Notes: generated by a model not told the origin, from the letters alone. DNA of 63,801 bases, filler included, from 6 parts of 6 records of this genome joined end to end with filler, not necessarily neighbours in it, one strand, 5' to 3'. Positions 9,355 to 19,023 are shown, counted from the first letter of the whole stretch. A program made the numbers and translations.

Positions 9355-12312
9355 ATGACTACACGACCGGAGGATTTCAGTGAGAAAGCCAATGAACTTC
9401 TGGCAGCAAACGATATTGAAGGTGCGCTTCGGACTGCCGAAAAGGGTCTAAGGGATCACCCGGAGCATCTTGGCCTCGTGTTGATGAAAATTAACGCACT
9501 TCGCAAGCAGGGCCGCATAGAGGATGCTATTGAGTTCGCTGAAACAGTGCCAGATCAGGCACGAGCAGATTGGCTGACTCGCCCTGTCGTTTCATTGTAT
9601 CTGGAAACCAGGGACTTCGATAAGGCAGAGGAATTGCTTTCGAGATGCTCGGAAGAAACACGATCCCGGCAGGGCTATCAATTTGCCAGAATTCTTCTTT
9701 TCAAGGAAAGAGATGGCCTGGATACTGCATTGGAGCATGCGCGCGCGTTTTACGATGAGTACCCCGGCAGGTCAGATCTTGCCATTCAGTGTTCCGAACT
9801 ATTGCTGTCGCTTTCCCGCCCGTCCGAAGCGATCAACTATCTGGAACCTTTAATCACGCCTGACGCACCGCTCCATTATCGAACCTTGTATTGCAGAGCA
9901 TGCCTGGCGACTGGGTTTCCTGAAAAGGTGATTTCGAGTATTAACGAAGTCAATGAAAAGACCCTGCCACTATCCTCGCTTCATCAGCTCGCAGAAGCGC
10001 AAAGGGCTACTTCTCTTTTTGAAGACGCACTGGCAACAGTTAATCTCGGGCTGGAACGATTCCCGGATGATCCATTTCTTGCCCAGCAGAGATTTAATCT
10101 TCTGTGCAGACTGGACCGTAAAGAGATTGCCATAGAGTTTGCGAATTCAATGCCACAACCTCTCTTTGCGGAAAAGTATGTTGGCCGTATTGTCGAAATC
10201 CAGCTAGAGGAAGGTCGCATTTCCAGAGCGGAAGAAACCCTTTCCTCGGTTCCGGAAGAATTCCGGGATCGCGTCGCTTATCAAATCGGCAAGATTGCGG
10301 TGACTGAAGAACGGCAGGGGGCGAGTTCTGCTTATTACATTGCAAAGGACTTTTTGAAAAAGAAGCCTGGAAATTGGGCACTTTCCCATAAAGCTGTCTT
10401 TCTTCTTCGGAAATTGGGCAGATACGATGAAGCAATCTCCATTCTGGAATCCGTTGTCCAGGATGATAAGAGTGCTGCGTTGAAGCTCGATCTTGCAAGG
10501 ATCTACTTTCAGACGAAACGGTTTGAAAGGGCCGTTAACTTGCTTGAACCGCTTCATCGGTCGATGACCCAGGACAAGAGGGCCTTGAACCTGCTTGTAC
10601 AGACCTATGAGGAGAGCAATCAGCCGGATCAGGCCGAGGCCGTTGTATTGGCCGGTTTGGAGAGATGGCCAAACGACACCCAGCTCGCGTCAACCTACTG
10701 GAGGTTGCTCTTCAACAAGGGGCAGCAGGAAGCGGCCGCGTCTCATTGCAAGGCCTTCATCGGCCAGCAAACGGGTTCGGTTCCCTCTCTGGTCGCCGGA
10801 TTGTCCTTTCTGACGAAGGTGGGGGATGATCTCGGGTGTCAGGAGATATTCGAGACTCTCGGTAGCCATGCGCCCCATGACGAACAAGCGGTCTGCGCAA
10901 GAGCCCGGTATCTTCTTCACTTGAAAGATCTCTTTGGTGCGAAGCGCCTGCTTGAGAACGCGCGCGAAAACGGAAGCGACGCGCGAAAGGTCGACATGCT
11001 GCTGTCAGAGGTACGGTTCGAACTCGGAGACATCGCCGAGGCGATCTCGTTGCTGGAGGATCTTGCAACCCGGTTTCGGCAAGACAGAGAGGTGAACACG
11101 CGGATCGCCCGGTACCGCATGATGATCGGTGACTTTCAGGGTGCGCTGCACGCCCTGAAACGTATCGGGAATGATCGGTCGGCTGCATCCGTTTATCAGA
11201 TCGGCATTCAGGCCGAAATTGCCCTTGAGACGGGAAACCTGGATCACGCGTTTCGCCTGATTCAGAAGATGGTCGAGATTGCCCCGGACGACGTTCACTA
11301 CTGGCCTTTGAAAGCAAGATGCGAACTGATCGCCGGGGATGTCTCTGCATCCTGGGACAGTCACCAAATGTGGCTCAATCTTCGCTGGAAGAACGACAAG
11401 AGCGGGCGGATTTCCAAGAAAACCAAACATTCGCTGCATGGCCAGATCCTGAATGAATACCGGTTGCTAGGCGACGAACCGAGCCTTGCGTTCAGCGGGA
11501 CGTATCAGGATCAGCGAACCGCGGCCAGGCACTTCAAGAAGCGGCTGGCTGAAATGCCGTCCAATACCGCCCTGGCCCTAAGCCTTATGTCTGCATTGCG
11601 CCGCTGCGGCTCTATCCCCGGAAATTCCAGGGAACAGACGAACACCCAGTCAGGCAACGCTGGTATTCCACGTAAACTCTTTCAATTCTGGGACACGGCC
11701 GAACCACCGGAACAGGTGGCCGCGTTGATGGAGGAGAACCGCAGGCTCAATCCCGATTACCAGTACCGGCGTTTTGATGTCGCAACGGCGATTGAATACA
11801 TGCGTGAGAAGGGCGAGGCAAAGGCCGTCCGGGCATTCCGGCTTGCTCCACATGCGGCGGCGAAGGCGGATATCTTTCGGCTCGTCTTGCTTTGGCATGA
11901 AGGGGGTGTCTTCCTTGACGCGGATGATCGCTGCATTGCCCCCTTGGGCGGTTTGGTCGACCACAGCCTGCGCTTCATGGGTTATCAGGAACCTCCGATG
12001 AGCATCGGGAACAACTTTCTAGCCGTTCAGCCGCATGAGCCGATAATCCGGGCGGCTCTTGAGGATGCCAAACTGGCCTTTTCCGGGCCAAGAGGGGAAA
12101 GCATCTGGTTGGCCAGCGGCCCCGGCGCGATCACCAGAGCCATCGCAACCGTCGGAACGGCCGAAACGGGCATGCTGCTTCCAGGAATCCAGATCATCCC
12201 GATGTATATCCTCAGACGCGCCGTGTCTCCTCATATTCAGCTTTCCTACAAGGCGACGCCCAAAGCCTGGCAGGAGTCTTTTCTACGTCCCGACGAGAAA
12301 CGGAAGAGCTGA
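9355..12312 (+). CDS. Large TPR-repeat protein with a C-terminal DXD glycosyltransferase domain (GT32/Och1-like)
   Basis: Many helix-pair TPR-like units, then IPRKLFQFW...NPDYQY...AAKADIFRLVLLWHEGGVFLDAD...SGPG. Confidence 0.8.
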   Translation: MTTRPEDFSEKANELLAANDIEGALRTAEKGLRDHPEHLGLVLMKINALRKQGRIEDAIEFAETVPDQARADWLTRPVVSLYLETRDFDKAEELLSRCSEETRSRQGYQFARILLFKERDGLDTALEHARAFYDEYPGRSDLAIQCSELLLSLSRPSEAINYLEPLITPDAPLHYRTLYCRACLATGFPEKVISSINEVNEKTLPLSSLHQLAEAQRATSLFEDALATVNLGLERFPDDPFLAQQRFNLLCRLDRKEIAIEFANSMPQPLFAEKYVGRIVEIQLEEGRISRAEETLSSVPEEFRDRVAYQIGKIAVTEERQGASSAYYIAKDFLKKKPGNWALSHKAVFLLRKLGRYDEAISILESVVQDDKSAALKLDLARIYFQTKRFERAVNLLEPLHRSMTQDKRALNLLVQTYEESNQPDQAEAVVLAGLERWPNDTQLASTYWRLLFNKGQQEAAASHCKAFIGQQTGSVPSLVAGLSFLTKVGDDLGCQEIFETLGSHAPHDEQAVCARARYLLHLKDLFGAKRLLENARENGSDARKVDMLLSEVRFELGDIAEAISLLEDLATRFRQDREVNTRIARYRMMIGDFQGALHALKRIGNDRSAASVYQIGIQAEIALETGNLDHAFRLIQKMVEIAPDDVHYWPLKARCELIAGDVSASWDSHQMWLNLRWKNDKSGRISKKTKHSLHGQILNEYRLLGDEPSLAFSGTYQDQRTAARHFKKRLAEMPSNTALALSLMSALRRCGSIPGNSREQTNTQSGNAGIPRKLFQFWDTAEPPEQVAALMEENRRLNPDYQYRRFDVATAIEYMREKGEAKAVRAFRLAPHAAAKADIFRLVLLWHEGGVFLDADDRCIAPLGGLVDHSLRFMGYQEPPMSIGNNFLAVQPHEPIIRAALEDAKLAFSGPRGESIWLASGPGAITRAIATVGTAETGMLLPGIQIIPMYILRRAVSPHIQLSYKATPKAWQESFLRPDEKRKS

Positions 12313-12363
12313 GCGGCAACCTAGCGGCTTCGCAGCATTGATCCGCGCGCCTGGACAGGTATG

Positions 12364-12841
12364 TGAGGTGCCCCTAGTTTCCTAGATACCTCCCTTGTTC
12401 AGTTTCTGCTGTCTGGTTTCGAAGTCAACGTGCGACTGCATGCCGTTGTTCGTGTGCTTTCGTTTCGGATTGAAGCACCGCTCGATGTACTCGAACACGT
12501 CCTTTCTGGCATCTATGCGTCGGATAGAAGCCGCTGAAATGGACCCGCAGCACCCGGCACATGGCGCGGATGCCAAACTCCTCGCGATGTGCCCGGATGA
12601 AGGCGTACTTCATTGGGACCCTCGCGCGAAATACACCGTTGCCTTTCGTAGGATGTCGCGCTCCTCGGTCACCCTGGCCAGCTCGCGCTTCAGTCGCCGG
12701 TTCTCGGCTTCTTGATCAGCGTCGGGCTTCCCTGGTGCCGGATCACCGAACAGCTTCATCCACTTGTAAAGGGAATGCATACTGACGCCCAACCGCCGGG
12801 AAGTATCCCGAACCGGATAGCCCCGCACCGTGATCTGATGC
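12364..12841 (-). mobile_element. IS3-family insertion sequence remnant (internally deleted; left part cut by the contig end)
   Basis: Terminal TGAGGTGCCCCTAGTTTCCTAGA at 12364; OrfA end (ENRRLKRELARVTEERDILRKATVYFA); OrfB start (KYAFI...IRAMCRVLRV...GFY) joined directly to the OrfB end (DVFEYIE..FNPKRKH). Confidence 0.88.
12382..12613 (-). pseudogene. IS3 OrfB transposase pseudogene lacking the DDE core
   Basis: Only ~30 N-terminal and ~40 C-terminal codons remain, in different frames. Confidence 0.85.
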
Positions 12842-12941
12842 NNNNNNNNNNNNNNNNNNNNNNNNNNNNNNNNNNNNNNNNNNNNTTAATTAATTAANNN
12901 NNNNNNNNNNNNNNNNNNNNNNNNNNNNNNNNNNNNNNNNN
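12842..12941. other. Artificial contig spacer
   Basis: 44 N + TTAATTAATTAA + 44 N; abrupt change in base composition across it. Confidence 0.98.
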
Positions 12942-13214
12942 CAAATAATAAAAGTACAATGCAACCAAAGAAGGTAAAATCGAAATAATTCCTTTTACAT
13001 GTTTAGGCAGATCATCCCAATTATGGGCAATTAGCGAGAAAATTCCTGCAGAAATAAATGAAACCCCTACTAAACCCGTGATAATCAAAAAAAGTTTAGA
13101 CAAACTCCTTGTATTGTAATCAAGAAAATTTTGAATTTGTGCATTTACTGTGTTAGCCAATACACCCTTTGCTTCTAGGGTATTTAAAAACTGAATAATT
13201 CGTTGAGTTTCCAT
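12942..13214 (-). CDS. Membrane protein, DUF2157-like, 3'-truncated
   Basis: Hydrophobic helix followed by GIFSLIAHNWDDLPKHVK. Confidence 0.7.
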
Positions 13215-13284
13215 ATTTTACAAGGATTAATTCCTAATAGTTTGATTTGAACTACAAAAGGTAAGCATTTATTTAATCTTGAGA

Positions 13285-14019
13285 TCAAAAAGTTAAAAAA
13301 GCGGTTCGTCTACCGCAGGATGCTTTAACAAAATAACCCAATGAGTAGTTTACCTCCATAACCAACTGTACATTGATTGGATTAACGGATCCGGTATTTG
13401 TAAGAGTTGGATAATTGTTAAACGGAAAATTGGTGTTAAATTCAGATGTTGCCACTAAACTTGAAAAGGAATATTGAAATCTCAGCCCCATCATTAAAGA
13501 GATGATCTCATTTCCAATCATATGTCCGCCAAAGCCAAAAACTAAACCGGTCAAACGACTATTCATTGATGATGCATTTGAACTTGAAATTGTTGGATAG
13601 GCTTTATCATCTATAGAAGGATTTCTTAAGAACGAAAAACTAGGTCCGAGTTCTAAATAAGAAGCCTCCTTAGTATATCGAAAGGTTGGTGTCAAATTTA
13701 AAGCATTGTATTTCATGCCATATTTATAACTTTGATCGATATTTTTCCCTGGCACCTCACTTTGAATAAACGCGTAACTATTTGATCCGTAATCTACATC
13801 AAAAGTGATCCCAACGAATTCACCAAAATTCACCCCGATTTTACCTCCATAAAAATAATTGAATCCCGGTGAAACATTGAATCTTCCATCATTATTAATG
13901 GTTTTATTCAAGAGGAACCCGGACCCGACACCCCCTTTCAATCCCAGATCAAACCATACTTGAGACTGAGCCGTGGGCGTCACAAATAATACAACTAAAA
14001 GTGTGATATATATTTTCAT
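13285..14019 (-). CDS. Outer-membrane beta-barrel protein (PorT/OMP_b-brl-like)
   Basis: Signal peptide, GLKGG start, alternating beta strands rich in aromatic residues and Gly. Confidence 0.6.
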   Translation of the reverse strand: MKIYITLLVVLFVTPTAQSQVWFDLGLKGGVGSGFLLNKTINNDGRFNVSPGFNYFYGGKIGVNFGEFVGITFDVDYGSNSYAFIQSEVPGKNIDQSYKYGMKYNALNLTPTFRYTKEASYLELGPSFSFLRNPSIDDKAYPTISSSNASSMNSRLTGLVFGFGGHMIGNEIISLMMGLRFQYSFSSLVATSEFNTNFPFNNYPTLTNTGSVNPINVQLVMEVNYSLGYFVKASCGRRTAFLTF

Positions 14020-14166
14020 TTTTGAGAGTTTTTCGCAATTTAAACTAATAGAATTTATTGAATGATTACACTTTGAGTGAGATTATTAGGTTTAAAAAAT
14101 ACCTTTTAAGTCATTAGTTTAAAATCATTTTACTATTTTAGCCCTTTCTATATAAACCTAGTAAAA

Positions 14167-15045
14167 ATGACAAAAAGAAGAATTAAAGTAGCAACAATGG
14201 CCATATCAGCATCCCTTCTTTTGGGATCATGTGGAAATTCTGAACCAGAAGACGTAAACACTGTTGACTTAACGGATACGTTAACTGAAGAATTTGATGT
14301 TGATCTATTTGAATCACCTGAGATGGATTATCACCTGCCTTCGCCTTTGCAAGTTGCAAGTATTTTCAAAAAATCAGGTTTAGAGTATAACTCTGGTGTA
14401 ACAAATCCAGCAGATAATGCAGGAAATTATAGCGCAGAGTTGAGTCAAATGTTAAACTTTGGTGTTTATTCAGCAGATATGGCATATTGCGTATTGAACG
14501 AACAAGCAAATGAAGGAAGAATCTATCTAGGTGCAATTTCTAGCTTGGCTGGTGAAATTGGAATGGAAGCAGTATTTGCAAATGAAGATCTAATGGATCG
14601 TTTTGATGCGAATATCGAAAACAAAGATTCTATCGAGATTCTAATGATCGATATCCACGAGAGAACTGAAGAATACATGGAAGAAAATGACATGCAACAT
14701 TCTTCTGCAGTTCACTTTGCCGGGGCATGGACCGAAGGAATGTATCTAGGTGTTTTCGATTATGAAAATAATGGTGGTAAAGATGGTCTTGGAGCTCAAA
14801 TCACTGAGCAAATGGCAATCTTAGGTAATATTATCAAAGGTTTGAAGGATCCGAGAAATGATGGCATGGAACTTGGATGGGTAATAACTGACCTAGAGGC
14901 AATTCAGTCAAAATTTGACGGTTTCGCTTCAGTGACATCTTACTACGAAGATGAAACAGCTGAAGAATTAGTTTTATCTGATAATGAATACTCGGAGTTA
15001 GGTGAATTAATTAAAGCATTAAGAACTAAGATTATTAACGGTTAA
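14167..15045 (+). CDS. Hypothetical acidic, helical lipoprotein
   Basis: Lipobox LLGSC after a basic and hydrophobic leader; motifs LPSP, LNFGVYSAD, GAWTEGMY. Confidence 0.75.
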   Translation: MTKRRIKVATMAISASLLLGSCGNSEPEDVNTVDLTDTLTEEFDVDLFESPEMDYHLPSPLQVASIFKKSGLEYNSGVTNPADNAGNYSAELSQMLNFGVYSADMAYCVLNEQANEGRIYLGAISSLAGEIGMEAVFANEDLMDRFDANIENKDSIEILMIDIHERTEEYMEENDMQHSSAVHFAGAWTEGMYLGVFDYENNGGKDGLGAQITEQMAILGNIIKGLKDPRNDGMELGWVITDLEAIQSKFDGFASVTSYYEDETAEELVLSDNEYSELGELIKALRTKIING

Positions 15046-15056
15046 AAACATTACCT

Positions 15057-15581
15057 ATGAAAAAGACACTATCACTACTTGCGATTTTGGGCGTAGCTTT
15101 CGTATTTGCTCAAACCGCTTCAAACTTAACCGAGTTTAAAGAAAACATCTCAAAACAAAAAGTTGAGGCGAAAAAAGAATTGAAACCATTTAGATATGAT
15201 GGATCAAAGGTGACTTATTTCAATTTTAAAACTTACAAACAAGTAAAAGAAGTTGAAATTTACCTCTTCAATAACACAGATTATAGATTCTCTTTTAACG
15301 GCAAATCTTTACCGAATGATGTAAACATTAAAATCTATGATGAAGACAAAACGGTTTCAGACAGAATCCTTTTAAAAGAAACATCAGGAATAAAAGGTGC
15401 TAATATTATTATAGAATCTTCTGAGCTTAATAAGACTTATCAATCAAAAAAATCAGGAAGCTCTAGGTTAAAAAGAGTTTTTGTTGATTATGAAATCCCA
15501 GGTGTACCAGGTGCACAAAACAAGAAACCAACCATGAAAGAACGTGGGGCAGTTATCCTTGTTATGGGATATAAGAATTAA
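15057..15581 (+). CDS. Hypothetical secreted basic protein
   Basis: Signal peptide MKKTLSLLAILGVAFVFA; 11 nt after the lipoprotein gene; followed by a terminator. Confidence 0.75.
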   Translation: MKKTLSLLAILGVAFVFAQTASNLTEFKENISKQKVEAKKELKPFRYDGSKVTYFNFKTYKQVKEVEIYLFNNTDYRFSFNGKSLPNDVNIKIYDEDKTVSDRILLKETSGIKGANIIIESSELNKTYQSKKSGSSRLKRVFVDYEIPGVPGAQNKKPTMKERGAVILVMGYKN

Positions 15582-15600
15582 GAAAAAATAAATCAAATTC

Positions 15601-15634
15601 AAAGCCTCTTCATTTATTTGAAGAGGCTTTTTTA
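15601..15634 (+). terminator. Rho-independent terminator
   Basis: AAAGCCTCTTCA-TTTATT-TGAAGAGGCTTT followed by a T run. Confidence 0.85.
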
Positions 15635-15660
15635 TTGCAATTATCTGTAAAAAGAATTGC

Positions 15661-15668
15661 TATTTTTG
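15661..15668 (+). promoter_or_regulatory. Bacteroidota -7 promoter element for thrS
   Basis: TATTTTTG matches TAnnTTTG, 43 nt before the ATG. Confidence 0.6.
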
Positions 15669-15711
15669 TACGCGCAAATTGACTTGTACCAATTTGTTTA
15701 AAAATGAAAAA

Positions 15712-17646
15712 ATGGTTGAAGTAAAATTACCAGATGGCTCTAAAAGAGAGTATGAAAACGGAGCAACAGCATTAGACGTTGCTTTAAGCATTAGCGAAGG
15801 GCTCGCTAGAAATGTTTTGGCTGCTGAAGTCAACGGTGAAATAATTGATGCAACAAGGCCCTTACCGGCTCAGGCAGATTTAAAATTGTTAACCTGGAAT
15901 GACGAAGGTGGAAAATCAACCATGTGGCATTCATCTGCCCATTTAATGGCTGAGGCAATTGAGGCTTTATATCCTGGAACTAAACTTGCGATTGGACCAC
16001 CAATTGAAAATGGTTTTTATTACGACATTGATCTGGGAGAACATAAGATTTCAGATGAAGATTTGCCGAATATCGAAAAGAAAATGAAAGAACTTGCCGG
16101 TCAGAAAAACACATTCGACCGTCAAGAAATATCTAAGGCTGATGCAGTAAAATATTTTACTGAAAAAGATGATGAATATAAACTGGAATTAATTGACGGC
16201 TTAGAAGACGGTTCTATTACCTTTTATACACAAGGTAATTTCACCGACCTTTGTCGTGGACCACATATTCCTCATACTGGTTTTATTAAAGCAATAAAAT
16301 TGACATCTATTGCAGGTGCGTATTGGAGAGGTGATGAAAATCGTCAACAATTAACTAGAATTTACGGAATTACTTTCCCTAAAAACAAGGAACTTACTGA
16401 GTACCTTGAAATGATTGAGCAAGCAAAGCAAAGAGATCACAGAAAACTAGGAAAAGAACTAGAACTTTTTACTTTCTCACAAAAAGTAGGACAAGGTTTA
16501 CCTTTATGGTTACCGAAAGGCGCTGCATTAAGAGAAAGACTTGAAAACTTTTTGAAAGTAGCTCAAAGAAAAGCTGGGTATCTACCTGTAATTAGCCCTC
16601 ATATCGGACATAAGGATTTATATGTGACTTCTGGTCACTACGCGAAATATGGTGAAGATTCGTTCAGACCAATTAGTACACCACACGAAGGAGAAGAGTT
16701 TTTATTAAAACCTATGAATTGCCCGCATCATTGCGAAATTTTCAATTCAAGCCCTAAATCCTACAAAGATCTACCTGTACGTTATGCTGAGTTTGGCACT
16801 GTATATAGATATGAGCAAAGCGGAGAATTACACGGATTAACTAGGGTAAGAGGTTTTACTCAAGATGATGCACATCTATTCTGTACGCCAGATCAAGTTA
16901 AAGAAGAATTTAAAAATGTAATTGACCTTGTTCTTTACATTTTTAAAACCTTAAAATTTGAAAATTTCAGAGCTCAAATTTCTTTAAGAGACCCTGAACA
17001 ACCAGAAAAATATATTGGATCTGATGAAAATTGGGATAAAGCAGAGGCTGCAATTATCGAAGCAACTGAAGAAAAAGGCTTAGAAACTGTTGTAGAATAT
17101 GGTGAAGCAGCCTTTTATGGCCCTAAGCTAGACTTTATGGTAAGAGATGCTTTAAATAGAGAATGGCAATTAGGTACAATTCAAGTAGATTACAATCTTC
17201 CTGAACGGTTCGAATTAGAATATGTTGGTGCTGATAATGAGAAACATAGACCAGTTATGATTCACAGAGCACCATTTGGTTCTATGGAAAGATTCGTGGC
17301 TGTTTTAATTGAGCACTGCGCTGGGAAATTTCCATTATGGTTAACCACAGATCAAATCGCAGTCTTGCCGGTATCCGAAAAATATAATGAATACGCCGAA
17401 AAAGTTTTAAATTATCTAAATAATTACGATATTCGCGGATTCGTTGACAGCAGGAACGAGAAAGTAGGGAAGAAAATTAGAGATAATGAAGTGAATAAAA
17501 TCCCGTTTATGCTGATTGTGGGAGAGCAAGAAGAGAAGGAAAATACGGTAAGTGTGAGAAAGCAAGGAGAGGGAGATCTTGGCACTATGAGTTTATCAGA
17601 TTTTGAAAAACACATGGGACAAGAGATAGATAAAGAATTAAACTAA
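15712..17646 (+). CDS. thrS: Threonine-tRNA ligase
   Basis: TGS domain, [53 protein letters not shown]. Confidence 0.97.
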   Translation: MVEVKLPDGSKREYENGATALDVALSISEGLARNVLAAEVNGEIIDATRPLPAQADLKLLTWNDEGGKSTMWHSSAHLMAEAIEALYPGTKLAIGPPIENGFYYDIDLGEHKISDEDLPNIEKKMKELAGQKNTFDRQEISKADAVKYFTEKDDEYKLELIDGLEDGSITFYTQGNFTDLCRGPHIPHTGFIKAIKLTSIAGAYWRGDENRQQLTRIYGITFPKNKELTEYLEMIEQAKQRDHRKLGKELELFTFSQKVGQGLPLWLPKGAALRERLENFLKVAQRKAGYLPVISPHIGHKDLYVTSGHYAKYGEDSFRPISTPHEGEEFLLKPMNCPHHCEIFNSSPKSYKDLPVRYAEFGTVYRYEQSGELHGLTRVRGFTQDDAHLFCTPDQVKEEFKNVIDLVLYIFKTLKFENFRAQISLRDPEQPEKYIGSDENWDKAEAAIIEATEEKGLETVVEYGEAAFYGPKLDFMVRDALNREWQLGTIQVDYNLPERFELEYVGADNEKHRPVMIHRAPFGSMERFVAVLIEHCAGKFPLWLTTDQIAVLPVSEKYNEYAEKVLNYLNNYDIRGFVDSRNEKVGKKIRDNEVNKIPFMLIVGEQEEKENTVSVRKQGEGDLGTMSLSDFEKHMGQEIDKELN

Positions 17647-17664
17647 AGAAAGGGGGAACGACCT

Positions 17665-18216
17665 ATAGCAATAAAAAGAAGAAATAACAACAGACGTGGA
17701 CCGAGAAGACATGAGGACCAGCACAAGATTAATGAGAACATTACAGCTCGTGAGGTAAGAGTAGTTTGGGACGGTGGCGCAGAAGTGTTAGACATCAGAG
17801 ATGCGCTTAAAAAAGCGGCAGAGGCAGATTTAGATTTGGTAGAAATTTCACCAAACGCTAAACCGCCCGTTTGTAAAATTATTGACTATAAAAAGTTCCT
17901 TTTTGAACAAAAGAAAAGACAAAAAGAGTTAAAGTCTAAACAAGTAAAAGTGGTAATCAAGGAGATCCGAATGGGTCCTAATACTGAAGATCACGATTTT
18001 AACTTTAAACTAAACCACGCAAAATCATTTTTATCTGATGGAGCAAAGGTGAAAGCTTATGTCTTTTTTAAAGGAAGAAGTATTGTATTTAAAGACAGAG
18101 GTGAAATCTTATTATTAAGGTTTGCTCAAGAATTAGAAGAATACGGAACATTAGAGCAAATGCCAAAATTAGAGGGTAAGAAAATGATCATGATGATTAA
18201 CCCTAAGAAAAAGTAA
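17665..18216 (+). CDS. infC: Translation initiation factor IF-3, inferred ATA start
   Basis: In-frame extension [33 protein letters not shown] to an ATA at 17665; [25 protein letters not shown]+GR motifs. Confidence 0.92.
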   Translation: MAIKRRNNNRRGPRRHEDQHKINENITAREVRVVWDGGAEVLDIRDALKKAAEADLDLVEISPNAKPPVCKIIDYKKFLFEQKKRQKELKSKQVKVVIKEIRMGPNTEDHDFNFKLNHAKSFLSDGAKVKAYVFFKGRSIVFKDRGEILLLRFAQELEEYGTLEQMPKLEGKKMIMMINPKKK

Positions 18217-18223
18217 AAAATTT

Positions 18224-18291
18224 AGAATAAAGACAACAGAACAAAGATTTAGTCAATCTATAATCTAGGTTCTTTACTCTTTAATCTGATA
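18224..18291. repeat. Inverted degenerate heptamer array
   Basis: AGA at 18224, 18231, 18238, 18245; TCT at 18257, 18264, 18271, 18278, 18285. Confidence 0.65.
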
Positions 18292-18350
18292 ATAAATAGA
18301 GAGGTAAACCATCCTTCGCCTAGGCTTTGGATGATAAAAAAAAGAAGAAG

Positions 18351-18548
18351 ATGCCAAAGATGAAAACAAAATCCAGTGCAAAGAAGAGATTCCAAGTGAC
18401 TGGTACGGGTAAATTAAAGCGTAAGCACGCTTTTAAAAGCCACATCTTGACGAAGAAGTCAAAGAAAAGAAAAGCGGCACTGACTAAAAGTGGATTAGTT
18501 CACAAGTCGGATGAAGCAAGTATTAAACTTCAATTAAACATGAAGTAA
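18351..18548 (+). CDS. rpmI: 50S ribosomal protein L35
   Basis: [19 protein letters not shown]...HILTKKS; position after infC. Confidence 0.96.
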   Translation: MPKMKTKSSAKKRFQVTGTGKLKRKHAFKSHILTKKSKKRKAALTKSGLVHKSDEASIKLQLNMK

Positions 18549-18653
18549 ATCATTCCGTAAAGTTCGGAACAGGTTAAAATTGTTAAACCAGGTATTGAGT
18601 CCCAAAGAATTTCAGTCAAGTAGAAGTCACTTTATACCAAAAAACTAAAAATT

Positions 18654-19001
18654 ATGCCTAGATCGGTAAATGTAGTCGCTGCAAGAGCGAGAAGAAAAAA
18701 AACAATGAAGCTTTCAAAAGGTTATTTTGGAAGAAGAAAAAATGTTTGGACAGTTGCTAAAAACGCAATTGAAAAAGGATTAGTTTACGCTTATATTGGA
18801 CGTAAACAAAAGAAAAGAACTTTTAGAGCACTTTGGATTCAAAGAATCAACGCTGCAACTAGAGAACATGGAATGAGCTATTCTCAATTCATTGGACAAG
18901 TGAATGCGAAAGGAATCAAGTTAAACAGAAAAGTATTAGCTGATTTAGCTATGAATCATCCAGCCGCTTTTAAAGCTGTAGTTGATCAAGTAAAAAAATA
19001 A
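18654..19001 (+). CDS. rplT: 50S ribosomal protein L20
   Basis: [36 protein letters not shown]. Confidence 0.97.
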   Translation: MPRSVNVVAARARRKKTMKLSKGYFGRRKNVWTVAKNAIEKGLVYAYIGRKQKKRTFRALWIQRINAATREHGMSYSQFIGQVNAKGIKLNRKVLADLAMNHPAAFKAVVDQVKK

Positions 19002-19023
19002 ATAAAATTCTCTCTATTTATAG

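Noticed and set aside
12842..12941. TTAATTAATTAA recurring five times, as a possible biological repeat or CRISPR-like unit
   Set aside because: Always centred in exactly 44+44 N and gives stops in all six frames; it is an assembly linker
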